Source: Mizuhopecten yessoensis
Lineage: Eukaryota
Length of the DNA: 53,321 bases
Reading direction: 5' to 3'
NCBI RefSeq assembly: GCF_002113885.1
Contig: NW_018404544.1
Location: forward strand, 82,395 to 135,715
Part shown: positions 38,244 to 50,478 of the stretch, in pieces
How the letters are laid out: each line of letters begins with the position of its first letter
Numbering within the stretch: position 1 is the first letter of the stretch
Made by a program: the position numbers and the translations under genes
Notes under the pieces: generated by a model
Database searches by the model: none
Told to the model about the DNA's origin: nothing
Seen by the model: the letters and a program-made list of their open reading frames with translations, nothing else

Positions 38244-39445
38244 ACAAGAGGCCCAGAAGGCCTGTATGGCTCACCTGTATCTTTATGCCCAGCAAAGGTA
38301 TATATGGCTATGGGTTCACAGGATCTCAACCATTTCAAAGTTATAGCCCAGAAATTAAGGCCCCAAGGCCCCACAATAGGCAATACTAATATCATAACTG
38401 TGTTCGTCTCTTGTTGCCTAGCAATGGTATACATGGTAATGGGGTGGGGATCTCAACCGTTTCAAAGTTATAACCCAATACGTAAGTCCCTAGATCTAGA
38501 GGTGGAACCCGACCCCAGGGTCAATTATTAAATATGACAGTGTTTATATCTTTATGCCTGTCAAATCTATATATGGTTGTGGGGTTGGGTTCTTAACATT
38601 TTCAAAGCCATGGCCCAAAAAGAAAGTCCCTGGGGGTAAGGCCAGACCCAAGATTCAATATTAATATCATGATTGGGTTCGTCTCTTGATGTGCAGCAAT
38701 GGTATATATGGTTGTGGGGTGGGAATCTCAACAGTTTAAAAGTCATGTCTCATGAATGAAGTTCCAAGGGGTGGGGGCCATACCAATCGGTAAATTATAT
38801 CATCATGACTGTATTAATCTCATTATGGCTACCAGATGTATATACGGTTATGGGGTGGGGATCTCAACTGTTTAAAAGTTATGGCTCAGGAATTAAGTCT
38901 CTATTGGTGGGGCCGTTTCAAAGTTATGGCTTAGAAATCAAGTCCCTAGGGGTGGGGCCAAACTCCAGCGTCCATTCTTATATCATGATTGTGTTTGTCT
39001 CTTGATGCTCAGCCATTGTTTACTTGGTTATAAGGGTGGGGATCTCGATAATGTCCTAGTTAACATTTCTTTGGTCCCTCCCCTCAGACCCAAGGGTCAG
39101 CTGGGTCAATTTTGAATCCTGAACCACCGAAGAATGTTCCCAATCAAATATGGATGATATTCGTCACTTTGTTCCAGAGAAAAAGTCGCTTTAAGCAATA
39201 TGACAAAATAACCCATTTTGGCCCCACCTCTCAGCCATGAGAAGAGCCACATCCTCCTTTCATACATAAGGGAATTCCTCTTGCCAAAGGATATTCTAGA
39301 CAAAATTTGGTTAAAACACCTCTATTTGTACAGAAGGAGAAATTTTTTAAATGATTTACCTAAATTCACCCTATTAGGACCCCACCCTTCTGCCCCAGGG
39401 GGCCTCATCCTCTATTTTAATAAAATTTAGTCCTCTTTGCCAAAA
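38244..39445 (+). mobile_element. HINE-like element
   Basis: acaagaggcccagaaggcctgtatggctcacctg; ggggtgggatctcaac units. Confidence 0.65.
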
Positions 39446-42400
39446 ATAAGGCATTAGGACCGACGTCTTCATAAACATAGTTCACCGGACTTAAACCATG
39501 TCGATCTCTTTTGCGACACCAACTGCGTGCTAAGAAATGACACATACACTTTTTTGTAATTAAAGATTATTTATATACCCAGGCGCGTAGCTGCCACGTA
39601 AGCAAATAAGCAGTTGCATGCACATCAAAAATTCAAATATACTATTATATTTTCATTCATTTATTTATTTATTTTGTAGTTCGGAAAAGTGATTAAATGA
39701 TGTGTGGTTCATTTAAAAAATATATTAAATTTAACTGTATAACCGACAGCCGACAATCAGTACGTATCCGGAAGTTTCAACCTATAGAAGAGAAATAAAG
39801 CTCCACATGGCATAGGTATGATACCTATGTCATGTGGAGCTTTATTTCTCTTCTTCTAGCTGTTGAGAGGAATTCCAACCCAAATCATGAAAGATGTTGC
39901 CATGCGAAACCACTATAGTATAATCCCCTGGTAATGTATTTTAGAAGATTATGAATAAGAAACAAAGGATATGTGATCTTGATCGATCACTGAATGTTAG
40001 ATGATGTGCCATCTGATAACACTCGGTGAAGTTGTGAATGCGCTAGAGAAATGAAGTAAACATTAAAACTGAAAAGTACGATAATGTTTATAACATGTCT
40101 AGGTTTTTTTAAACAACATTAAATGTTAAGAAAGGACACTTCCTACGAAGTTGATGTATTTGTTATGGTCCTAGGTCTATGGTTTTACACATGTATACCG
40201 GTAAAATATGTTACTCGCACGTTTTACTACCTTTCTTGTTCATTCCCATAGCCACAATTATCTACTTTTGAGGCCGGTATGCCTCCCCACGCCTAGTTCA
40301 AGAGAAATTAAGCTCCAGTTACCTAGGTATATACATGAACTTTAAATAATATGCCATTTTGTAGTGCTGCTCATTCAGTTGTAAGTCTGGTGAGCTATTT
40401 TTTATGAAGACATCAGCCTTAATGCTTCGGATTACGTTAACCTGGTTATGTGCCTTTTTGATAGCTAATGTACAAGTTCCGATTTTTAGTAAGGGTCTGA
40501 GACTGTGAATATGACTTACCGGTGTTTGAAATTTCGGAAGACTATAATACATCTATTAGAGGGCTTGTTGAACCTTACAAAGCGATATTTACAAATTCCT
40601 CCTGTTTTTGACGATCTAATGCTAGTTCTTTAAGTTCAGTTTTCAGGACTGCGCTGGTGTTTTTGGATGCGTATACAGACTGCTGTTGAATGTTCCCGTT
40701 TGTTGCGTGTAATTTGATGTCATTCTGATGGGGGTTGTTGAAGTGCATGATTTTGGAAATGAATGTTTGCTGTAGAATGTTTAAAAATTATGTAAAGCTA
40801 GAACCATTTCATTCGCTAGGTAGAGACATGTTTCTAGTGGTGAACGTATCCTGTGTGATCTACAAGTGATTGGTGATGAGTACCGCTATGTATTTGAATG
40901 AATATTTTCCGTACTGAATGATGTAAATATATTCCCAGATATTATTTCCGGTTTCCAATTACTATTAGGGACCGGAGTTTTTTTTGTACAACTAATATGA
41001 AATTGTTGAAAAACCTTTGTAACTTTCTGAAATATGTTATGCAAACGTTTCAGTCTCCATGCTAACTTACCTATTGCAGTGCTGTCTACTGTTATTATGT
41101 ATGTTGCTCGTGTATCGTCTGTATCAATCTGAGTGTTCAATACAGTTCTGTTCTGATAATTGGGACCATTTACCTGTGTGAAGTTTGACAGAATCGTCGA
41201 AATCTTCCTCGTCTGACTGTAGAATTCTAGTTTAATTTCGTAAATAAAGAGTTTTCTCAGAACCATTTGCGTGATTATTTTGTTATCCGTGTTTACAGTA
41301 TCTCTATAGAGGATTCCAGCAGTGCAATTTTGATAAGACCTGTTAAGAAACCCCCTAATCATTTCAAAAGTTTCGGGACTTTTTTTTTACAGAAGTGATA
41401 AAATAAACTCTCCTGGCATGTTTAAAAATTCCTTTCGTATAATAAAAATGTTGAAGAAATTTTTATTTGTTTTCAAAAAGGATATATTGGAAAAAACTGG
41501 TGAGACATAAAAATCCCCTAGATTGAAAGTTTTGTCATAACCTAGGTACATGGTCACTGAACTATTGTCTTAATCTAACAATTGGATATCCAAGTCGGGA
41601 TTTAATGTACGAAACCATCCAAGTGGTGAGCATATCAAAGCGAATTACAAGTTTAGTTTATTTACCGGTACAGGATCTATTAAGATCCTCCACATCACAC
41701 TCAAAATCACAACACTAGCTGACATATGAATGTGACGTTTTTTGGATCATGAACGTATCTCAGACCTGCAATTATATAGAAGTTCCTGCTTCTTATTATA
41801 TGCGTATTCAGTCTGTTTTCAAAAGTGTTTACAGTCAGTACTTAACACATTTTGCGGAAAATCGTTACATATTCTTACAATTCGCAAAGCAAAAATAATC
41901 TTGTGGAAATTTCATAAAAATTATTTATATATGAATATTTTAAATTTCATGAAAAATATGAATGTCACCCTTTTAGTTAATTTAGTTCTGTTTCTCTCAC
42001 CTTTTCTGTTGCAAACTTAAATTTACATTCCAAGCATTGAGAACTGCTATACACTCACCACTTTCTATACGTTGCTATTTGATCACCGCGCATAGAACAT
42101 TTGTGAGTGACACAAGTCATCATCCACAACTTTACGAAGAAATGAAGTGTTCATCATTTTCATTCAACATTGATTCATTCTGGCCACCACTACTAATTTG
42201 TAATATGTGTTCCAACTGTTAATATAACCTTAAAGAGTACAGAACTAATTTGTAATATGTGTTCCAACTGCTAATATAACCTGAAAGAGTACAGAATTCC
42301 CTTGCCTTCAGTGATCTACAAACAAGAATCGGCGCAGTATCAATTGAGACTTGGGTATTTATTTGAACGGAAAACGTTGAAATATTGTCATTTTTATTTC

Positions 42401-42645
42401 ATAGTGGTTCATTCCGGTTTACATTTTTACTTCTAATTCTTCATACCAATCAATATACCTACCACTTTTATAAAGAATATAATATTTTCTTTTCTATACT
42501 GGTCTACGAATTAAAATCCATTAAGTATTAAGGAACATATGACTTTTTTAAATATAAAATTCATTTAAAATCTCTTCAAGCCTGAGTGTGTTCCGGGATT
42601 TGTCCTCGCCCACCAGTTAAGCGTTTTCGTGAGGCAGGATTAAAG

Positions 42646-42808
42646 ATGGAAGTCGCCCCGAAAGATCGACGATTTTATTCCCTTCCCGAGAAAGAGAAAC
42701 ACGTGGATTTGTCTGGAAGTACCAAAACTGACAGTTTGATCAGATACATCTCTGAAAATATCATCGGCAATGACAAAGTGTTCAGTGGACCATATGGTTT
42801 AAGGAAAG
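42646..42808 (+). CDS. Class-V aminotransferase / cysteine desulfurase-like gene, exon A (start uncertain)
   Basis: ..LIRYISENIIGNDKVFSGPYGLRK; donor G|GT. The frame is also open upstream of this ATG. Confidence 0.8.
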
Positions 42809-43572
42809 GTGCTGCTTTAAGAACGTTTTTAAAATAGTAAATAATGCAATATCGGGTGATCAGTTTCTGAGCCCTTGGGTGAAAAAGGATCTTTCCATGC
42901 TTTTTATAATCTAATAAAATGGAAATAGCAGAAATGCTTCTTTTCTACTTGCATTTGAGGACGAATTGTTTTGACTTCTTTTTCACCTCATTTTCTTAAA
43001 AGTCCATGCAGATGTAACCTAAATGTTTACTCACGCTACTAACAAAAACAATGATGTCAATAAACTTGTTGTATCTGCTCTACCCAATGCACAAAATTCC
43101 ACACAAGGCATAGAAACCTGTACAGCTCAGAAACTGATCTTACGATGATATGGTTGAAGTGCAATCAGTCATAGGATTATACAACAGTGTACAAAGGAAT
43201 CTCAAAATGTGAGAACACATTGGGCATTCAAAGGAATTCCCAAACTTTTCAAGAAGTCTGTTTTGTTTTGTCATAAACAAAAACGAATGAATACTATCAT
43301 GTGAATCTAGTCATAAATTAAGAGAGAAAGACGAAATATGGTAAAATAAATGTAAACGTATAAGAACATTCTGGATGATTAGTTTTGACAGGGTGTTAAT
43401 TTAAACAGACCCTGGGATCAAATTTAGAAAAACATTATTGGCATGAATTATTTATCTAGCACTTAAACACACTTGTATTGTTCCACCAGTGCTAGCCATG
43501 GCCAACATTTTTCTAGTTATTCTTGTGTAAGATAAAAATATTTTTCTTATGACTGTGCTTTTTGTGTTTCAG

Positions 43573-43603
43573 TGACCTACTTGGATTACACTGCATCAGG
43601 AAG
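43573..43603 (+). CDS. Cysteine desulfurase-like gene, exon B (31 nt)
   Basis: (V)TYLDYTASG(R), the class-V YxDxxAS motif. Sites tttcag / AG|GTAATT. Confidence 0.9.
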
Positions 43604-45477
43604 GTAATTGTACACCCTCAGCTCCTCTGTTTGCTATCATTTTTATCTAGTAATAAGCTAAGGTGATTGTTAACCCTCAGCTCCTCTGTTTACTGTCATT
43701 TTTATCTAGTAATAAGCTAAGGTAATTGTACACCTTCAGCTCCTCTGTTTACTATCATGTTTATCTAGTAATAGGCTCAGGTAATTGTACACCCTCGGCT
43801 CCTCTGTTTACTATCATGTTTATCTAGCAATAAGCTAAGGTGATTGTACACCCTCAGCTCCTCTGTTTGCTATCATTTTTATCTAGGAATAAGCTAAGGT
43901 AATTGTACACCCTCAGCCCCTCTGTTTACTATCATGTTTATATAGTAATAAGCTAAGGTAATTCCCCCCCCTCAGCTCCTCTGTTTACTATCATGTTTAT
44001 CTAGTAATAGGCTCAGGTAATTGTACACCCTCGGCTCCTCTGTTTACTATCATGTTTATCTAGTAATAGGCTCAGGTAATTGTACACCCTCGGCTCCTCT
44101 GTTTACTATCATGTTTATCTAGTAATAGGCTCAGGTAATTGTACACCCTCGGCTCCTCTGTTTACTATCATGTTTATCTAGTAATAGGCTAAGGTAATTG
44201 TACACCCTCAGCTCCTCTGTTTACTATCATGTTTATCTAGCAATAAGCTAGGGTGATTGTAAACCCTCAGCTCCTCTGTTTACTGTCATTTTTATCTAGT
44301 AATAAGCTAAGGTAATTGTACACCTTCAGCTCCTCTGTTTACTATCATGTTTACTATCATGTTTATCTAGTAATAGGCTCAGGTAATTGTACCCCCTCGG
44401 CTCCTCTGTTTACTATCATGTTTATCTATTAATAGGTTAAGGTAATTGTACACCCTCAGCTCCTATGTTTACTATCATGTTTATATAGTAACAGGCTAAG
44501 GTAATTGTACACCCTCAGCTCCTATGTTTACTATCATGTTTATATAGTAATAAGCTAAGGTGATTGTACACCATCAGCTCCTCTGTTTACTATCATGTTT
44601 ATCTAGTAATAGGCTCAGGTAATTGTACACCCTCGGCTCCTCTGTTTACTATCATGTTTATCTATTAATAAGTTAAGGTAATTGTACACCCTCAGCTCCT
44701 CTGTTTACTATCATGTTTATCTAGTAATAAGCTAAGGTGATTGTACACCCTCAGCTCCTCTGTTTACTATCATGTTTATCTAGTAATAAGCTAAGGTAAT
44801 TGTACACCCTCAGCTCTTCTGTTTACTATCATTTTTATCTAGTAATAAGCTAAGGTGATTGTACACCCTCAGCTCCTCTGTGTCCTGTAATAAGCTAAGG
44901 TAATTGTAAACCCTCAGCTCCTCTGTTTACTATCATTTTTATCTAGTAATAAGCTAAGGTGATTGTACACCCTCAGCTCCTCTGTTTACTATCATGTTTA
45001 TATAGTAATAGGCTAAGGTAATTGTACACCCACAGCTCCTCTGTTTACTATCATGTTTATATAGTAATAAGCTAAGGTGATTGTACACCCTCAGCTCCTC
45101 TGTTTCCAGTAATAAGCTAAAGTAATTGTACACCCTCAGCTCCTCTGTTTACTATCATGTTTATCTAGTAATAAGCTAAGGTAATTGGAATTCCCTCAGC
45201 TCCTCTGTTTACTATCATGTTTAAATAGTAATAAGCTAATTAAAGGTAATTGTACACCCTCAGCTCCTCTGTTTACTATCATGTTTATCTAGTAATAAGC
45301 TAAGGTAATTGTACACCCTCAGCTCCTCTGTTTACTATCATGTTTATCTAGTAATAAGCTAAGGTAATTGTACATCCTCAGCTCCTCTGTTAACTATCAT
45401 GTTTATCTAGTAATAAGCTAAGGTAATTGTACAACCTCAGCTCCTCTGTTTACTATCATGTTTATCTAGTAATAAGC
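43601..45477. repeat. 59-bp minisatellite, ~32 copies, anchored on the exon B donor
   Basis: Unit gtaattgtacaccctcagctcctctgtttactatcatgtttatctagtaataagctaag. Confidence 0.97.
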
Positions 45478-45647
45478 CCTTGTCTGTTATAAAGCCCATC
45501 CATGTAACAAATAGTTCATGACAAGTAAAAATGTTATTTCATTGTCAACAGCAAGCCTCTGAATATATATAGATATGTTGTCTCAATGGCAAGATAAAGA
45601 TAATCTGTAAATGAATTTATTACCTAAGACAGAAAATATAGCTTGAC

Positions 45648-46548
45648 TAGAAATCTGGTCCTAGCAGAAAGGTCATTGGGTGGTTAAATAGACATCCGGT
45701 CCCAGCAGAAAGGTCATTGGGTGGTTAAATAGACATCTGGTCCCAGCAGAAAGGTCATTGGGTGGTTATATAGACATCTGGTCCCAGCAGAAGGGTCATT
45801 GGGTGGTTAAATAGACATCTGGTCCCAGCAGAAAGGTCATTGGGTGGTTAAATAGACAAGTGGTCCCAGTAGAAAGGTCATTGGGTGGTTAAATAGACAT
45901 CCGGTCCCAGCAGAAAGGTCATTGAGTGGTTAAATAGACAAGTGGTCCAAGTAGAAAGGGCATTGGGTGGTTAAATAGACATATGGTCCCAGCAGAAAGG
46001 GCATTGGGTGGTTAAATAGACATCTGGTCCCAGCAGAAAGGTCATTGGGGGGTTAAATAGACATCTGGTCCCAGCAGAAAGGGCATTGGGTGGTTAAATA
46101 GACATCTGGTCCCAGCAGAAAGGGCATTGTGTGGTTAAATAGACATCAGGTCCCAGCAGAAAGGTCATTGGGTGGTTAAATAGACATCTGGTCCTAACAA
46201 AAAGGTCATTGGGTGGTTAAATAGACAAGTGGTCCCAGTAGAAATGTCATTGGGTGGTTAAATAGACATCGGTCCCAGCAGAAAGGTCATTTGGTGGTTA
46301 AATAGACAAGTGGTCCCAGTAGAAAGGTCATTGGGTGGTTAAATAGACATCTGGTCCCAGCAGAAAGGGCATTGGGTGGTTAAATAGCCATCTGGTCCCA
46401 GCAGAAAGGGCATTGGGTGGTTAAATAGACATCTGATCCCAACAGAAAGGTCATTGGGTGGTTAAATAGACATCTGGTCCCAGCAGAAAGGGCATTGGGT
46501 GGTTAAATAGACATTTGGTCCCAGCAGAAAGGGCATTGGGTGGTTATA
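45648..46548. repeat. 41-bp minisatellite, ~22 copies
   Basis: Unit tagacatctggtcccagcagaaaggtcattgggtggttaaa. Confidence 0.95.
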
Positions 46549-47406
46549 GTTAGTTTCGGTTTCTAGACTAGTTTTAGATTAATAAAGTTGAAGTTATTAT
46601 GTACTTTTAAAGGAAGAAATACCACTGAGTTTTAACAACAATTCACAGTATTACATTCTAGTGTTATAGTTTGTTTTGTGTGTCTGCAGCATCTGCAGAA
46701 AGTTTTTTTTAACCAAATCTGAAAATTTACATGGCCGCCAGCAGACATCTTTAATTAAGTAAAAAGTCATTTGGGTTTTATGAAACTTTCTGCATATGCT
46801 AATATTAATTATCGTACCCAGGGGAATTCTGACACAAATTTTGAAATACATGAAGACGAACAGGACCAGATGACACATTCATGTTCATAGAACTCTTGAT
46901 CCAGTTTCAAAGAGATAAAGAAATTTCAATCATAAACACCACCACTGAAAGTGCTGAAATGAAAAAAACAGAATCACAAAATGTATTTGAAGCCAAAATC
47001 CGGGGGATGACTCATAATAAAACCATTCTCATCTTTCATGCTACGTGTACATGTATATATGGGGCTTATTGGATTGAACTGAACAGCAGAAGGAAGGGGT
47101 TGAGAACGTCAATACTGATTGTACAAGACAAGCTAGCTCAGGCGGAACCCTTAGATTTAAAAATAGACCTGTTCTTTTCCGCATAATAAACATGCCATTG
47201 TGACACTTCAGTTTACTTATACATGTGCATCAGATTTATAATGTTTTACAATAGGAAATGCTTGTCAGTATTGCTTAAGTTTACTGAAAATCACCTGGGA
47301 ACTATCATCAACAGGAGCCCATCTTTATCAGTTGGTACTCACCTTTAACTGGTAATGTAAGGTTTATATTCGAGTTGAATAGCAAATATTGTTTTATAAA
47401 TTGTAG

Positions 47407-47523
47407 GGGATTGAAGTTCATTGAAGATTACATAGAGAATGAAGTATTACCTGACTATGGAAACACACACACCACTACAAGTATCACCTCTCTCCAGACA
47501 ACTCTGTACAGACATGAGGCCAG
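47407..47523 (+). CDS. Cysteine desulfurase-like gene, exon C
   Basis: GLKFIEDYIENEVLPDYGNTHTTTSITSLQTTLYRHEA(R). Confidence 0.9.
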
Positions 47524-47761
47524 GTACGACTTGTTTTACTATCACCTCATTTGTTTGATGGTTTATATGCAATAATACAGTTAAGTTGTTGGAACATAAA
47601 CCATAAAGAATAAGCGTTTTTCACAAGAAATGAAATTTGATTTCCCAAGTGTAGCTCTTTTAAATGAAAGGCATTTGACAAAGAACTCCAGCAGATGTGT
47701 TAGTGGATACACCAGTGACAGAGGAGGGAACACAATGTTCACAGACAGATTGCGGGAGTGT

Positions 47762-47930
47762 ATGCTTTTGGTTTGTTTATGTTTTACGTCCTATTAACAG
47801 CTACGTGCCAGGTTTTGGTGGTGGAGAAAAGCCGGAGTTCCCAGAGAAAAACCACGGACCTAAGACCAGTACGTACCTGGCGACTGCCCCATGTAGGTCT
47901 CGATTCCGCGACCAAGTGGTGGAGGGCTCC
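47762..47930 (-). mobile_element. V-domain-like SINE fragment
   Basis: ccggagttcccagagaaaaaccacggacct resembles the reverse complement of the V-SINE core; ttggtttgttt tail. Confidence 0.55.
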
Positions 47931-48018
47931 TAAGAAATTTATGCTGTAATTCTGTATAAAGAGTAATACATCGTGATATGCAGTTTATCCAGCTGAATCA
48001 GCATGTTTTGGTTTACAG

Positions 48019-48136
48019 GGACATTGTGCGGAATGCTGTACATGCCGGTGAGCATGACTCTGTGATATTCTGTGGGAATGGAACCACTGCCGCCATCCAC
48101 AAACTCATTCATGCCCTAAACCTAAGGGAGCCTCCG
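48019..48136 (+). CDS. Cysteine desulfurase-like gene, exon D
   Basis: DIVRNAVHAGEHDSVIFCGNGTTAAIHKLIHALNLREPP. Confidence 0.9.
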
Positions 48137-48588
48137 GTACGATTATCCTAGAGTGTTTCTGTGTGTGTNGGTGGGGGAGGGGTGGGGAGGTGTTTAGAAA
48201 CATTATCAACAGTCACTAATATACATACATTTTTTGAAAGAATTCACTTTAACTGTTAATACAATGCAAATTGAATATCAGTATAAGGTAATGTAAACTT
48301 AATGTAATCATGATACCTACACACGATGACGATCAGGTCATCTTAGCAGCAGCTTCTCTGTGTAGCTTATTTCTGAAGTATTTATGTTACCAATATTTCC
48401 ATAGCATACCTTACTTTGATATCAACTTTAAACTTAATGCAGTTCATTCTGTTTTATTTTACGTATTATAACTTAATTAACAGTAAACATATACATATAT
48501 ATCTCATAGTGTCAATGAGCTTACAATTTAAATGGTGGCATTCCAGTGAAAGTCTTTTTTCACTTATATCTAATAATTTCTGTTTTAG

Positions 48589-48654
48589 GTTGTATTTGTC
48601 AGTCCATACGAACATCATTCCGTTCTGCTGCCATGGAAGGAACAAGGTGCTAAG
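48589..48654 (+). CDS. Cysteine desulfurase-like gene, exon E
   Basis: VVFVSPYEHHSVLLPWKEQGAK, containing the EHHS..LPW motif. Confidence 0.92.
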
Positions 48655-49149
48655 GTACATCTTGGAAGTCCATTGTCCATCTGCTGTCTTCCATCAACAT
48701 TTTACTTTCAACAATTTCTTCTGACCCACATTCAAGGTCACAGGGGTCAAATTTGTTTAAACCTTTTAAACAACTTCATAATGTTTGACCCCAGTGACCT
48801 TGAAAGAGGGTCAAGGTCACTAATTTGAATAAACATAGTAGCCTTTTATCTCGGTATGCTATTGACCAAATACCATCACCCTAGGCCGCTTGGTTGTTTT
48901 TATTTGATGCTTTGCCTTACACATTGATTTCAATTGAAAACTTGAAATTAAGTATATTATGGTTCAGAAAATGGTAAAATGTTGACTTTGTATCATTGAA
49001 AATTAAGTCCACCTGATGCCATTTAGTGGTAACATTACAGAATTGTTTTCTTTCAAATTTCATATTTTCAATAATAATGACTCGAGTTTGGTGTAGTTAA
49101 TCACTCAGAATTGGTCACGATACTACATTATCATTTAGCAATTTGGACC

Positions 49150-49822
49150 TGCTGTTAACAACACTATTTCATTTATTGGATGTATGAACTGTACTGGTGA
49201 GCTTAGGCTGTACTGTGGCGTCCATCGTCCGTCGTCCGTCGTCTGTCTGTTAACAACACTATTTCATTTATTGGATGTATGAGCTGTACTGGTGAGCTTA
49301 GGCTGTACTGTGGCGTCCATCGTCCTCTGTCTGTCCTCTGTCTGTCCTCTGTCTGTTAACAACACTATTTCATTTATTGGATGTATGAGTTGTACTGATG
49401 AGCTTAGGCTGTACTGTGGCGTCCATCGTCCGTCGTCTGTCTGTTAACAACACTATTTCATTTATTGGATGTATGAGTTGTACTGGTGAGCTTAGGCTGT
49501 ACTGTGGTGGCCATCGTCCGTCGTCTGTCCTCTGTCTGTTAACAACACTATTTCATTTATTGGATGTATGAGTTGTACTGGTGAGCTTAGGCTGTACTGT
49601 GGCGGCCATCGTCCGTCATCTGTCCTCTGTCTGTTAACAACACTATTTCATTTATTGGATGTATGAGTTGTACTGGTGAGCTTAGGCTGTACTGTGGCGT
49701 CCATCGTCCGTCGTCTGTCTGTTCACAACACTATTTCATTTATTGGATGTACGAGTTATACTGGTGAGCTTAGGCTGTACTGTGGCGTCCATCGTCCGTC
49801 GTCTGTCCTCTGTCTGTTGACA
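49150..49822. repeat. 88-107-bp tandem array, ~7 copies, containing a HINE-like terminus
   Basis: aacaacactatttc...gagcttaggctgtactgtggcgtccatcgtccgtcgtctg repeated. Confidence 0.9.
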
Positions 49823-50191
49823 ATTCCTTAAAATGACTACTTCTAAACCGCTGATTAGAATTTGATAATATTTGATTGGAAGCAGGGTGGGTTGAGGGTG
49901 GCGAGCTGTGGCAGGGGGGACGGGGTAATTTGGCCATATTGCTTCAAGCAACTTCTTCTCTGGAACTAACCATAAGTACATTTGATAGGCATACAGAGAT
50001 AAAAACAGTCATGATGCTAGAATTTACACTGAGGTCTGCCCCACCCCTAGGGACTTTATTTCCAGACCATAACTTTGAAATGATTGAGATCCCCAATCAA
50101 TAGCAATAAATACCATCGCTAGGAAAAAAGGTCCAGGTAAGTGATACAGACTCTCCTGGACTTCTTGTTATGAATTGTTAAAATTGTTAGT

Positions 50192-50421
50192 GTCAATTCC
50201 ATAGTTATCCTTGTTTATGTCATTCCAGGTACTTAGGGTAAATTCCATAGCTATCCTTGTTTATGTCATTCCAGGTACTAAGGGTCAATTCTACAGCTAT
50301 CCTTGTTTATGTCATTCCAGGTTCTTAGGGTCAATTTCACAGCTATCCTTGTTTATGTCATTCCAGGTACTTAGGGTCAATTTCACAGCTATCCTTGTTT
50401 ATGTCATTTCAGGTACTTAGG
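50192..50421. repeat. 46-bp minisatellite, 5 copies, anchored on the exon F acceptor
   Basis: CAG|GT with the G of AG at 50228, 50274, 50320, 50366 and 50412. Confidence 0.95.
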
Positions 50422-50478
50422 ATCAAAGAGGACCAACATGGCTGTGTGTGCCTGGCAGACCTTACAGCCAAACTACAG
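50413..50478 (+). CDS. Cysteine desulfurase-like gene, exon F
   Basis: VLRIKEDQHGCVCLADLTAKLQ; phase 0/0. Confidence 0.85.

Noticed and set aside
45648-46548. 41-bp array as another splice-anchored array (likewise the 68-, 25- and 50-bp arrays)
   Set aside because: No reconstructed exon junction at their ends; they count as non-anchored.
12148-50421. Tandem arrays as CRISPR arrays
   Set aside because: No unique spacers and no cas genes; eukaryotic spliced context.
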